A DNA stretch of 64,000 nucleotides, taken from the NCBI RefSeq assembly GCF_041248615.1, contig NZ_CP158425.1, one strand, 5' to 3'. Position 1 is the stretch's first letter. Each line of letters starts with the position of its first letter. Made by a program: the position numbers and the translations under genes. Source of the DNA: Escherichia coli. Lineage in GTDB: Bacteria; Pseudomonadota; Gammaproteobacteria; Enterobacterales; Enterobacteriaceae. Below, piece after piece: positions 40,603-49,746 of the stretch. The notes beneath the pieces are model-generated. The model was not told where the DNA came from. It worked only from the letters and a program-made list of their open reading frames with translations, and searched no databases.

Positions 40603-41580
40603 ATGAAACAAAAATTTAGGGCTACTGCAATAAGTAGTAATCAACTTAGTTTTTTTTCTATACTCGATATAGATGAAGATGAAATAACGCAAATAGTTGA
40701 TTCACCCAAAGAGCATTTAAATGATGCTTACACGTCCGGATTAAACTTTAAATCAGAAGAAAGTAACATTTCTGAGATAAATTATGATTCTGAAAGGCGT
40801 GAAAATCACCTTTATGAAAAATCCAAATTACTTAAAAATCAGATTTTGCATACAATTAATTTTGCAGCAGAAACAGATTATCTATATACGGTTGAAGAAT
40901 ATAACCCAGATTTGGGTGGTCTGGTAATAGAATGGACCCCTGAGGATGTGTATGTTGTTTTTCTATCCGCTATGGAAGAGTCTTTGGAAATCATTAAAGA
41001 ACTAGTGTTGAGGAGAAAGTTATTCTTCAAAGATGACAATGGTAATATCACAGTGAATCCACTTTTAGAAGCTGAAACACGGTGGTATATGTCAAAATCA
41101 TTTGAATACACTTGTTTATCTCATGGACTTGATGCATGTGAATTTAGAGCGGAATTAAAATCATGGCTCTATTATCATTCGCATCGTTCGATTAGTGAAA
41201 ACACGAAATTAGCTGAATGCAGGAATGATGATGAAATCATTTTGCATGATTGCAATGACGATATGGGCTGGGACATCTTCTTTGATCAGGATTATTTAAT
41301 GTCAGAAAAAAAACTGGCTGTTAAATGGACTGACAGGGAAATTATGGATGTTTACATAAAAGCTTTTAAATCCACATTAGAGTTGTTTGACGAGCTTGTT
41401 TCATGTGATCTGTTAACTAAACGAAACGCTTTTGGCAAGTTAGAAATCAATCCAATATTCGAAAATCATTTTGAATGGATCATGTCTGAAGCTTTTGAAA
41501 TAGTGGGAAATCATCTTGGTTATAATGTGCCTCAAATCAGGAAACTGATGGCAACTATTTGCCAAATGAATCTCAAATAA
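40603..41580 (+). CDS. Hypothetical protein
   Basis: 325-aa ORF with SD-like GGAG upstream; no recognisable motif. Confidence 0.4.
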   Translation: MKQKFRATAISSNQLSFFSILDIDEDEITQIVDSPKEHLNDAYTSGLNFKSEESNISEINYDSERRENHLYEKSKLLKNQILHTINFAAETDYLYTVEEYNPDLGGLVIEWTPEDVYVVFLSAMEESLEIIKELVLRRKLFFKDDNGNITVNPLLEAETRWYMSKSFEYTCLSHGLDACEFRAELKSWLYYHSHRSISENTKLAECRNDDEIILHDCNDDMGWDIFFDQDYLMSEKKLAVKWTDREIMDVYIKAFKSTLELFDELVSCDLLTKRNAFGKLEINPIFENHFEWIMSEAFEIVGNHLGYNVPQIRKLMATICQMNLK

Positions 41581-41637
41581 AATGCCACTGGCAAACATCT
41601 GCCAGAGGGCGGTGTTTGCATTTTACCGGAGTTAAAA

Positions 41638-42696
41638 ATGTCTAATGCCGCTATGAAGTTAAATGAAACATCTTCTGATGCTTATGAAAAATTAGAAGCT
41701 CTTCTTTCCCCGGATGTTATAAAGTTAAAACATTATGTGGATAAAGGTGAGTATCTTTTAGTTCTAGCAAAGGACCTTTTTGGTATTCCAGAAATGGATC
41801 CAAAGATGGCTGTGCCTGTTTTCAAAACTAAAACCTCGTATCGAGCTCCGCTGAACAAAGACTACATACCAAATCCCCGAATACTTGAACAAGTGGTTAA
41901 ACTGCTTATCAGTCCGGATATAGATTTAAGTGTGTGTCTTAAAGGTGAGTCCGGTTCTGGCAAGACTGAAATGGTAATGTACATTAGCCACATGATGAAT
42001 TGGCCGCTGACAATTAAGCAGATCAACAGCAATATTCGAGTTGATGAGCTTGAAGGTGAGCGCAGTCTTAATGGTGGTAATACAGGTTTTGTACACAGCG
42101 ATTTGGTAACGGGATTTCGTAATGGTCACCTCATTCTTCTGGATGAAGTGGACAAAATCGATCCTGATACGGCAGCAAAACTTCACATGCCCATTGAACG
42201 TAAGCCCTGGTCACTCAGTGCTAATGGTGGTGAGGTTATAACTGCTAATGGCTACACGCGATTTATTGGTACTGCAAACACAAACATGAGTGGAGGCGCT
42301 CGCCGGTTCGTTTCTTCTCAACGTCAAGATGCAGCTTTTATAAAGCGGTTCTTGATAGTTGAAATGGAGAAGCCCGACAAAGTTGCTTTAACCAATGTGC
42401 TTACTAAACGATATAGCTCTTTGCCTTTTCAGGTCATTGAGAAGTTCGTAAGAGTAGCGATTGCAGTAAATGACTCTGGTACAGAAGACAGTGTGATGGA
42501 TATTCGTCAATTAGTAGCTTGGGTTGGCACGTCGATGACGTTAAAAACCTTTAGTCTTCTTGACACTTTCAAAATAGCTTTTGCTTCTGCTTTACCTTTA
42601 CATGTGGTCGATCTTGTTCTTCAAGCTATAGATCTTTCTCTTGGCGAAGACAAGGATAAATCGCTGGAGTATTTCACAGCAAAAAAGTCGAGTTAG
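41638..42696 (+). CDS. AAA+ ATPase of the MoxR/CobS-like class
   Basis: 352 aa; Walker A (GESGSGKT), Walker B (ILLDEVD), downstream arginine-rich segment; size typical of MoxR/CobS. Confidence 0.7.
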   Translation: MSNAAMKLNETSSDAYEKLEALLSPDVIKLKHYVDKGEYLLVLAKDLFGIPEMDPKMAVPVFKTKTSYRAPLNKDYIPNPRILEQVVKLLISPDIDLSVCLKGESGSGKTEMVMYISHMMNWPLTIKQINSNIRVDELEGERSLNGGNTGFVHSDLVTGFRNGHLILLDEVDKIDPDTAAKLHMPIERKPWSLSANGGEVITANGYTRFIGTANTNMSGGARRFVSSQRQDAAFIKRFLIVEMEKPDKVALTNVLTKRYSSLPFQVIEKFVRVAIAVNDSGTEDSVMDIRQLVAWVGTSMTLKTFSLLDTFKIAFASALPLHVVDLVLQAIDLSLGEDKDKSLEYFTAKKSS

Positions 42697-43031
42697 ATGG
42701 GATTTGTTATGAAACCTCTGATATTTGTATCTCAGAGTTATCCCATCTTGAATTTAGTGCGTTTTTAAGTACGGATGGTGCTGCTACCATTGCTATAGCA
42801 AAAAACGGAACTAATTTTACTGGACTTATGCAACTGAATAACGACTATTCTTTATTGTTTTATCATGATGGTAAAATAAATATGGAAGGTCTGATTAAAC
42901 AAATGGAATTAAAAGGTTATATGTATCAGGGAGCAATGGGCAATGATGATGTTGTTGCTGAGTTTCCCGGTATTCTTTTAATTTCACCAGAGAAGCTTTA
43001 ATATCAACCCTATCGGGAAATCTTTCCCGTT

Positions 43032-43054
43032 GGGGAGGGTTTCCCCTTTTTTTT
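43032..43054 (+). terminator. Hairpin plus T8 element upstream of the 43065 gene
   Basis: GGGGA ggg TTTCCCC then 8 T, preceded by the perfect palindrome CGGGAAA tc TTTCCCG (43014-43029). Confidence 0.45.
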
Positions 43055-43064
43055 GGAGAAACCC

Positions 43065-44192
43065 ATGACTTTAAATACTTCAATGCTTAACAAAGTATCT
43101 GCAAAACAAATCTCTGAGAATTTTGCAAAATCATATCCAGATTTACTGGAAGGTGCAGTTATAACAAAAATTGAAATAAGTGGCTGTCAAGGATCGCGTC
43201 GAACCGATAAAATCGATTTGTCTTATGATGGAGATGATATTACGGATCAAAAAAGCGTATCTAAAAGCGAAGTACGCTGGATTGACATAAAAGCCCTTAG
43301 CTTCAAAAGTACGATTACCAGCAGAATATCAACTCTTTGCTCACGCTTGTGCATCCGCTATAGCAATATGTGGATTTTACCAGTATCCAGTATGGAAGAG
43401 TTTCTGGAAGGGGCCCAAGAGATTGAACGAGAGTTTCAGGCAGGTATTCAAAACGTTGTAGACAATTATGAGATGCATATTGAGGCTGAAAAAAATAGAA
43501 GCCCAAGAATGTCTTCTTTGATTGATCAGTTGAAATTAACTAAAGATGATTTCATAAAATCCTTTAGATTTAATATTGCTCACTTTATTCCTTTTACGCC
43601 TATTAGCGTTGAAGGTGATGAAACCCAGGACTACTATCAGGAACAATTGATAACAGATCTGGCAGAAGAAGCAATGAAGGTTTATGAAAAAATTAGCAAA
43701 AATAACAATTTGCGCTCAAGTACTATTGACCGACTGAAGCAAATGCAAAATAAGATCATTAGCTTCATGTTTATACATAAAGAGGCGGCAGTACTTGCAG
43801 AAGCTATAAAACACATAATGAATAATTTACCTAAAGGTGCCATTTCTGAACCTCGCGACGTTGCGGTGTTACAGCAGTGGTTTTATTTCATGAGTGATGC
43901 TTCAATGTTAAAGCGTATTATTTCAGGAGAGCAAAAGGTTACTGACTGGTTGGAATCTATTACCAGATCATTTAATCAAAGCTCACAAACAGAACCGAAC
44001 GCGCTACAGAACACAGGTATTGAAGCTATTTTAGATTCAACAAATGTGTTCCAGGTTGAACCTGTCGTAGAGAACGATATAAATAACAGCACGTTTTCAA
44101 ACACTGATCCTGTAGCTGAACCTGAGAAATCAGTTTCGCAACAGGAAGACAATGTTGAAAATTGTTTTGATATCGAGCTCAAAGGCTGGTAA
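43065..44192 (+). CDS. Hypothetical protein (ORF-track start 43053 is TTG; ATG at 43065 preferred)
   Basis: About 375-aa ORF between the AAA+ and vWA genes; RBS GGAGAAA. Confidence 0.4.
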   Translation: MTLNTSMLNKVSAKQISENFAKSYPDLLEGAVITKIEISGCQGSRRTDKIDLSYDGDDITDQKSVSKSEVRWIDIKALSFKSTITSRISTLCSRLCIRYSNMWILPVSSMEEFLEGAQEIEREFQAGIQNVVDNYEMHIEAEKNRSPRMSSLIDQLKLTKDDFIKSFRFNIAHFIPFTPISVEGDETQDYYQEQLITDLAEEAMKVYEKISKNNNLRSSTIDRLKQMQNKIISFMFIHKEAAVLAEAIKHIMNNLPKGAISEPRDVAVLQQWFYFMSDASMLKRIISGEQKVTDWLESITRSFNQSSQTEPNALQNTGIEAILDSTNVFQVEPVVENDINNSTFSNTDPVAEPEKSVSQQEDNVENCFDIELKGW

Positions 44193-44219
44193 CTGTTTGC
44201 TTTATTAAAAACCCCAGAT

Positions 44220-44254
44220 GGGTACTTCACCATCTGGGTGAGTACCCCTTTTTT
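44220..44254 (+). terminator. Hairpin plus T-run with an overlapping alternative stem
   Basis: GGGTACT/AGTACCC stem followed by T6; interdigitated with CCAGATGG/CCATCTGG (44214-44221, 44230-44237). Confidence 0.5.
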
Positions 44255-44269
44255 ATAAAGAGGTATTCT

Positions 44270-46288
44270 ATGAAATTAGATCTTAAATCATCACCGCGCC
44301 ATATTAAGCGTTTACAGAATATAGCAAAAGTCATTAGCGGCTTAGGCGATGTAAGAGTTGTAATAGACGACAATACCAAAGGACCGTATTTTGATCCTGT
44401 AAATAAAGTTTGTGTTTTACCAAACGGCGATTATAGCGATGATGACTTTGTCAGTCTGATTGAAGGTTTTACCTGTCATGAAGCTGGTCATGGTCGCTAT
44501 ACCGACAGCGAGGTTTACAGTGACGCCTTTAATAGTGTTCTCAAGTCATCTGAAGGGTTTACACGCTTCGATGACGGAATGAATGCAGAGTTTGAGAGCC
44601 TCGCTGAGAAACGTAAAGCTTATAGCAGGGCAAAACGTCTTACCGGGCTTATAAATCTGTTCGATGATGTACAGATGGAAGAGAAGGTTGGTAACGATTA
44701 TCCGGATGCAAAGCGGCGGCTTGCAGCCACTTACGCACTGATGGTTAAAGCCGGAAGGATGACTCCTGATATATCTTCTCGTCCGGAAAATCCTGTCCTA
44801 TTTATTGAGTGGTATCTGCTTAACTCATTGCGAGTAAAAGTCCTTCAGCAGGCAGGTCACAAAGAAACACTCGATCCGTTTTTTGACTATGCCCAAAAGA
44901 TACTTTCTCCAGTAATTTCTGATGTTGAGGAAATTTTTCATGATGCTCTTGGTTGTGAAAATACTCAGGGCTGTGAATCCCTTGCTCGTAAGACCCTGGC
45001 TCTTTTAGAGAGACTGCGGGATGAGGCAAGGGAACAACAGCAGCAGACAGAGCAGGAGGAGCAGGAGGCATATGATGAATCCGAGACCGAGACCGATACC
45101 GATACCGATACCGAATCAGAAGATAAATCGCTTGAGTCGACTGATAGTCGTGAGGATGATTCTGAGGACGATAGTGAAGGTCAGGCAGATACTTCCGATA
45201 ACTCTGATCTTGCTCAAGAGGGATGTTCTGAGCCTTCAGAACTTGCTGAAGATAACGAGGGAAATAATGAACCCACCGGTGGCAATCCCACAGGTGATAA
45301 CATTATTGAAGACGATACTGATGCGATTAACCCTTCCGAGAGTGAATCAGATGAAGCCAGTTCGACTAACGTTGAAGATGAAAGTAACTTTTCATCGGCT
45401 CAATGGGAGATACTGGCAGATTTGTTGGATGCCTTTCTTGGCAGTGATGAGGATAGCGAAGATTATCACGATGCTTTGGCTAAAGAGATTGAAGGTATTG
45501 CATCAAAAGTATCCGATGACGTGAAAGCCGAATTCGGTGCTTCTGAATGGGATATCCCTGATCTCCTTATCGATTTGAATGTTTACAATGAGGCTTTGTC
45601 TCTGAGTCATTCAATCGGTAGCGACTTGTCTGTTTTACAGCAGGTTAAAATGCGTGGCCGAAACAAAACTCATGAGCGTGGAATTACCTTCGATGGAAAT
45701 CGATTAATTCTGTCACCAATGGGAGTTCGTGATGTCTTCAGAGCTCAAAGCGAATCTAAAAATAGAGGGCATGTTGGCCTCGTATTAGTTCGTGATATTT
45801 CAGCGTCAATGGCTAATGATGAAAGATATATTCATGCCATTAAGTCAGATCTTGCTTTATCGATGGCCGCTGAAAGTTTGTCAAAAATGCATGTCTCCAA
45901 TATAGTCTTTCCCTTCAAGGAAAGTGAATTTGAGATTATCAAAACGTTTGATCAAAGCGTTGAGGAATCTCTATCGAAATTCACTCTTGGATGTAAGGGT
46001 TATTATACCCCTACGGGATCGGCTTTAATGGCAGCTGTTGATCTGTTACTTGACAGCCAATTCGATAGGAAAATAATTTTTCTTATAACTGATGGTTATC
46101 CGAATAAATCGGAATTTACTATCGGCGAAGTTATGGAAAAGGCTAAATGTAATGGAATAGAAATCGTTGGTGTTGGTATTAAGACTGATGAAATAATTGG
46201 TTTTGAAACGGACACTTTCGTAACAGTTGATGATACTTCTTTATTGTCTATTGAAGTCAGTAAGCTAGTTCATCAAATACTTTCTTAA
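44270..46288 (+). CDS. vWA-domain protein with long acidic low-complexity linker (CobT-like partner of the AAA+ ATPase)
   Basis: 672 aa; C-terminal MIDAS-like DxSxS (VRDISASM) and later TDG motif (LITDGYPN); central Asp/Glu/Ser/Thr-rich region of about 130 aa. Confidence 0.65.
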   Translation: MKLDLKSSPRHIKRLQNIAKVISGLGDVRVVIDDNTKGPYFDPVNKVCVLPNGDYSDDDFVSLIEGFTCHEAGHGRYTDSEVYSDAFNSVLKSSEGFTRFDDGMNAEFESLAEKRKAYSRAKRLTGLINLFDDVQMEEKVGNDYPDAKRRLAATYALMVKAGRMTPDISSRPENPVLFIEWYLLNSLRVKVLQQAGHKETLDPFFDYAQKILSPVISDVEEIFHDALGCENTQGCESLARKTLALLERLRDEAREQQQQTEQEEQEAYDESETETDTDTDTESEDKSLESTDSREDDSEDDSEGQADTSDNSDLAQEGCSEPSELAEDNEGNNEPTGGNPTGDNIIEDDTDAINPSESESDEASSTNVEDESNFSSAQWEILADLLDAFLGSDEDSEDYHDALAKEIEGIASKVSDDVKAEFGASEWDIPDLLIDLNVYNEALSLSHSIGSDLSVLQQVKMRGRNKTHERGITFDGNRLILSPMGVRDVFRAQSESKNRGHVGLVLVRDISASMANDERYIHAIKSDLALSMAAESLSKMHVSNIVFPFKESEFEIIKTFDQSVEESLSKFTLGCKGYYTPTGSALMAAVDLLLDSQFDRKIIFLITDGYPNKSEFTIGEVMEKAKCNGIEIVGVGIKTDEIIGFETDTFVTVDDTSLLSIEVSKLVHQILS

Positions 46289-46303
46289 TAAACTCTACCC
46301 AAT

Positions 46304-46332
46304 CGGGGCAAAAGGCCCCGGTGGGTCTTTTT
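46304..46332 (+). terminator. Hairpin plus T-run after the vWA gene
   Basis: CGGGGC aaaag GCCCCG with outer ACCCA/TGGGT arms, then CTTTTT. Confidence 0.5.
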
Positions 46333-46359
46333 GCTCCATGAAGGAATAAGGAGCAAAAT

Positions 46360-46581
46360 ATGACTCAGATAAAAACTTACCGTGTAGAACATGAAAAAGT
46401 CGGTGCGATGCATAAAGTCCGTATTTTCGGACGTGTTGGTGAAGTTATAAGCAATGATAGCCCTCAGGAAAGAATCTTCCGCGAAGTCACTATAGCGGAG
46501 GGTAATAGCCAGCAGGCTGCGTTACTTGTAGATAACTACATACAGCGTCTTGAGAATAATGGCTTCACGACTGAAGCATAA
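46360..46581 (+). CDS. Small hypothetical protein
   Basis: 73 aa with good SD (AAGGAG) 7 nt upstream; bracketed by hairpins. Confidence 0.35.
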   Translation: MTQIKTYRVEHEKVGAMHKVRIFGRVGEVISNDSPQERIFREVTIAEGNSQQAALLVDNYIQRLENNGFTTEA

Positions 46582-46586
46582 ATGTT

Positions 46587-46610
46587 GAGGGCCCCCGGGC
46601 CCTCTTTCTT
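46587..46610 (+). terminator. Hairpin plus T-rich tail after the small gene
   Basis: GAGGGCCC cc GGGCCCTC then TTTCTT. Confidence 0.5.
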
Positions 46611-46694
46611 AAATTCTGCGTTGTGGGTTTCTCCCTGTCTTCTGCACCGCAGAAGGCATTGAGAAACTCACAATGCCAGATAAGAGAGATCATC

Positions 46695-47927
46695 ATGACT
46701 TATGCATCCCCGGCTCTTCGTCGTAATCCACAGGAAGTATCTGAACACTTTATTAAACTCGTTCATGCTCGAATTGCTGAAGTGTCTGGCTGGAAGTATA
46801 TATTCGAAAGAATACCTGCTTTCAAAGACGCTTGTGCAAAAGCCCCGAGCCAGGTTCCTTGCCCGTTTACTGGCGCAGGGAAATCGAAGTTTCGTTTCCG
46901 ACAAAAAGACCTTTATACCGGATGTGCGATCCATAATGACTTTCCGGTAAATGAGTTTTGCGACGGAATTGATGTTCTGGCGAAATATTATGAATTAAGT
47001 AAAACGCAGACTTGCAAAAAGATTCTCTCAGATTTTTTCGGGATGGATCTGCATGCTCCGTTAACTGACGCCGACATTGAAAATGAACGACGCTATAAAT
47101 CAGCAGTTCGTGCCACAGAAACTCTTGACCGAGAGGAAGTGGCAAAGCGAATGCGAAAACTTGATGTGATGTATCACTATACCGGTGAAATCAAGCCTAA
47201 TACTCCTGTTGCTTTGTACCTCCGTAATCGTGGGATCTCCCGCTTACTGAGTCACTTACCAAAGGATTTAGGCTTTAATAACCGGATCTACTATTGGGAT
47301 AAAGATAAGCAGAAATCGATTATCTATCCGGGAATGATTGCGATCTATCGTGACACCCGAGGTCGGCCTCTGACTATTCATAGAACATACGTAGACAAAA
47401 ATGGTGATAAGGCACCTGTAGAAAATCCAAAGCTGATGATGAAGCCTCCTGCCGATATGACAGGTGGCTCAATTCAGTTGTTTGACCCTCACTATGATTC
47501 AGGTAGTTCGACCTGGACACTGGGAGTGGCTGAAGGGATCGAGAACGCGCTTTCTGTTGTAGAAGCGACTTCAACACCATGCTGGGCAGCCAGCTCCGCA
47601 TGGTGCCTTGAAAACGTTACTGTTCCTGATTTTTTACTGCCTCCGCCGGATGTAAAATCTATAAACTTTTATATCTGGGCGGATAAGGATATTGCTAACT
47701 CACAAGGCACTCGTGCCGGTATTGAAGCTGCTCAGCGACTTCAAAGCCGCATGGTTGAGTTTTTGGCTAAACGATATCCCGCATCAAAGCTGACAATTGA
47801 AGTCTTCGAACCAGCACAAGATATTCCTGATGGGAAAAAGGGTATCGACTGGAACGATGTTCTCCAGTTAACAGGGCAGGATGGATTCCCGATTCACTGG
47901 GCTCCTGAATGTCTTAATCAGCTGTAA
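46695..47927 (+). CDS. DNA primase-like protein (zinc-binding N-terminus plus Toprim-like C-terminal domain); ORF track extends to 46623
   Basis: CxxGxGKxKFRF-type zinc-binding motif (CPFTGAGKSKFRFRQKD...CAIH), recalled as similar to P4-alpha/TraC-type primases; acidic Toprim-like segment (YIWADKD...GTRAGIEAAQRL); RBS AGAGAG before ATG 46695. Confidence 0.55.
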   Translation: MTYASPALRRNPQEVSEHFIKLVHARIAEVSGWKYIFERIPAFKDACAKAPSQVPCPFTGAGKSKFRFRQKDLYTGCAIHNDFPVNEFCDGIDVLAKYYELSKTQTCKKILSDFFGMDLHAPLTDADIENERRYKSAVRATETLDREEVAKRMRKLDVMYHYTGEIKPNTPVALYLRNRGISRLLSHLPKDLGFNNRIYYWDKDKQKSIIYPGMIAIYRDTRGRPLTIHRTYVDKNGDKAPVENPKLMMKPPADMTGGSIQLFDPHYDSGSSTWTLGVAEGIENALSVVEATSTPCWAASSAWCLENVTVPDFLLPPPDVKSINFYIWADKDIANSQGTRAGIEAAQRLQSRMVEFLAKRYPASKLTIEVFEPAQDIPDGKKGIDWNDVLQLTGQDGFPIHWAPECLNQL

Positions 47928-47931
47928 CAAC

Positions 47932-47965
47932 GATAACTCCCCCGCTTTTTGCGGGGGGGGTTATC
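47932..47965 (+). terminator. Long GC hairpin after the primase-like gene
   Basis: GATAACTCCCCCGC ttttt GCGGGGGGGGTTATC. Confidence 0.4.
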
Positions 47966-48005
47966 TTATCAATATTATATTTTAAAATTGTATTGATAAG
48001 ATAAC
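47960..48005. promoter_or_regulatory. Perfect 14-bp inverted repeat with 18-bp AT-rich spacer (operator-like)
   Basis: GTTATCTTATCAAT (47960-47973) and ATTGATAAGATAAC (47992-48005) are exact reverse complements. Confidence 0.4.
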
Positions 48006-48197
48006 CGCTTTCCTTCGTGATAATTACCTGCCTTTAAGGTCTTTTCACGGCTGAGATGCTTGCTCAGTTAAATAAATGTGCGGTACTACTGGCTATGGTC
48101 GGTTGTATGACATGGTTATTCCATAAACTATTAAAACCCATAACGGGAGTATTACCGTTATGGTGATGCTCGTCGTTTTACATCGGAGAGCATTTTA

Positions 48198-48719
48198 ATG
48201 AATTTTCAAATTAACGAAGTTTTTAATAAATTTGCTGCTGTTATAAAATCGCGCATCGTCAATGAACCATCGTCATGCTATTTGCTGCATGATAATGAGA
48301 TAGATATAACGATTTTGAAACATAGCATATTAGAAAATGACAGAAACCTGTTGTACGTAGTTCGTCCTTCAGGAACGTGTTTGTTGCGTTGTGACAAATA
48401 TTTCTATCCGAAATATTATCTTCGTTGCCGTGGAGATTATAAGTCATTCATATATGTCCATCTTGATCTACATAGTGGTGAAGCTAAAGAAATCACATGG
48501 GAGCAAGCAGACGATATGCTGTCTAGTCCAGGAAAACCCCCATTAAAAGGGAATCTTGGACGATTTGAGTATATAAAAGTTGTGGTTGAGGACCTTCGTA
48601 TTCGAGGTTACGCTGATTATCTTCCTGCGTATAATCTTGATGACCTTCGCCGTTTTGCCTTACAGGACGACCGCCCATCCCTTGTCAGATACATTGGCAA
48701 TGTCATGGCAACGGTCTGA
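48198..48719 (+). CDS. Hypothetical protein
   Basis: 173-aa ORF upstream of the paralogue array. Confidence 0.35.
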   Translation: MNFQINEVFNKFAAVIKSRIVNEPSSCYLLHDNEIDITILKHSILENDRNLLYVVRPSGTCLLRCDKYFYPKYYLRCRGDYKSFIYVHLDLHSGEAKEITWEQADDMLSSPGKPPLKGNLGRFEYIKVVVEDLRIRGYADYLPAYNLDDLRRFALQDDRPSLVRYIGNVMATV

Positions 48720-48797
48720 TTGATTGCTAATTGATTTACATATTTTCCCTGATGGCCAACCTGCATCAGGGAGGCCTCAATAACGAATGGAGGCTGT

Positions 48798-49676
48798 ATG
48801 AAGTTAGCTACGGACCTGGTAAAAGCTATTTTGATTAGAAATGGCGTTGAACCAGTAAATATAAGCGAATCATCTAAGTTATCTTTGAAACAACCACTGA
48901 CAGAACTTAAATTCAGTTTATATTTGCGAACTGAGCATTTATCTCACTTCCTACCCGGTTATGTTTATTCTATAAAAGAATGTCCACTGTCATATGACAT
49001 CGGGATCGAAATTCAGAAAATCTTCGAAAGTTTACATTTGTTAAACGAAGAATTTGAATCCCTCGGTTTTGTTTCTGTATGGATAGAAATGCATCAAAGC
49101 ATTTTTGAACAAAGTCGGTTTAAGAAAAGTAACTTTACTTTTCGGGAGGAAGAGGTCGAGCTTGCTAAAGGGCTTGTTTGTTCTCACAATTCACAAATAA
49201 GTAATGCGGCTTATTTCTGGCTTCAGCACTTTGAGGAGTTTATGATTTATGTTCGTAATAAGCTTATCGACCTCTTTCGAGAGGCCTATGACCTGATCCT
49301 TGGAATGCAGCAAGTATTTTTCATTCGGGAAAAGGAAGAGCTGTTGAAAACTATAAGTTATGGCGATGAGCTGTATGAGGTGAAATTCATGGCGGCTGAG
49401 CTTTACTCTATCGAACAGAACTTAAAGTGTTCTGAATCGATAAGTACAAAATCTCAAGCTTCGGCATATATTAACCGCATCCGTGAGTTTGTGCGTTCGG
49501 GGTGGAGGCAGGGCTATATAGTCTGCCATCATAAGCGAAGTAATCAAATTTCATCATTGTCATTACCGATGTACTTGAAAGATACGTCAGGCCGAAGTGC
49601 TCGAAAGCGAGTAAAACGTCTTATATCTTCTACAGTTTGTGGTAGAAATAAAGATTTAGGTCTTACAGATTTTTAA
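48798..49676 (+). CDS. Hypothetical ~300-aa protein, member 1 of the tandem paralogue family
   Basis: 292 aa; N-terminus (LVKAILIRNGVEPVNISES) shares a pattern with the four following genes. Confidence 0.45.
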   Translation: MKLATDLVKAILIRNGVEPVNISESSKLSLKQPLTELKFSLYLRTEHLSHFLPGYVYSIKECPLSYDIGIEIQKIFESLHLLNEEFESLGFVSVWIEMHQSIFEQSRFKKSNFTFREEEVELAKGLVCSHNSQISNAAYFWLQHFEEFMIYVRNKLIDLFREAYDLILGMQQVFFIREKEELLKTISYGDELYEVKFMAAELYSIEQNLKCSESISTKSQASAYINRIREFVRSGWRQGYIVCHHKRSNQISSLSLPMYLKDTSGRSARKRVKRLISSTVCGRNKDLGLTDF

Positions 49677-49694
49677 TTAAATTATACCCATGTG

Positions 49695-49730
49695 GGGATC
49701 ACACCCCATATGGGAGTGATCCCTTTTTTT
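49695..49730 (+). terminator. Hairpin plus T7 between paralogues 1 and 2
   Basis: GGGATCAC/GTGATCCC stem then 7 T; overlapping near-palindrome CCCATGTGGGG / CCCCATATGGG. Confidence 0.55.
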
Positions 49731-49746
49731 ATTGAGAGAGGATCAC

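Noticed and set aside
42719-42990. Possible small gene in the gap between the AAA+ ATPase and the 43065 gene
   Set aside because: An open frame of about 75 codons exists but has no ATG start with RBS that I could place confidently; left unannotated.
45021-45524. Alternative-frame 167-aa ORF within the vWA gene
   Set aside because: Generated by the repetitive acidic-linker codons read out of frame (Arg/Pro-rich low complexity); the sense frame carries the vWA motifs.
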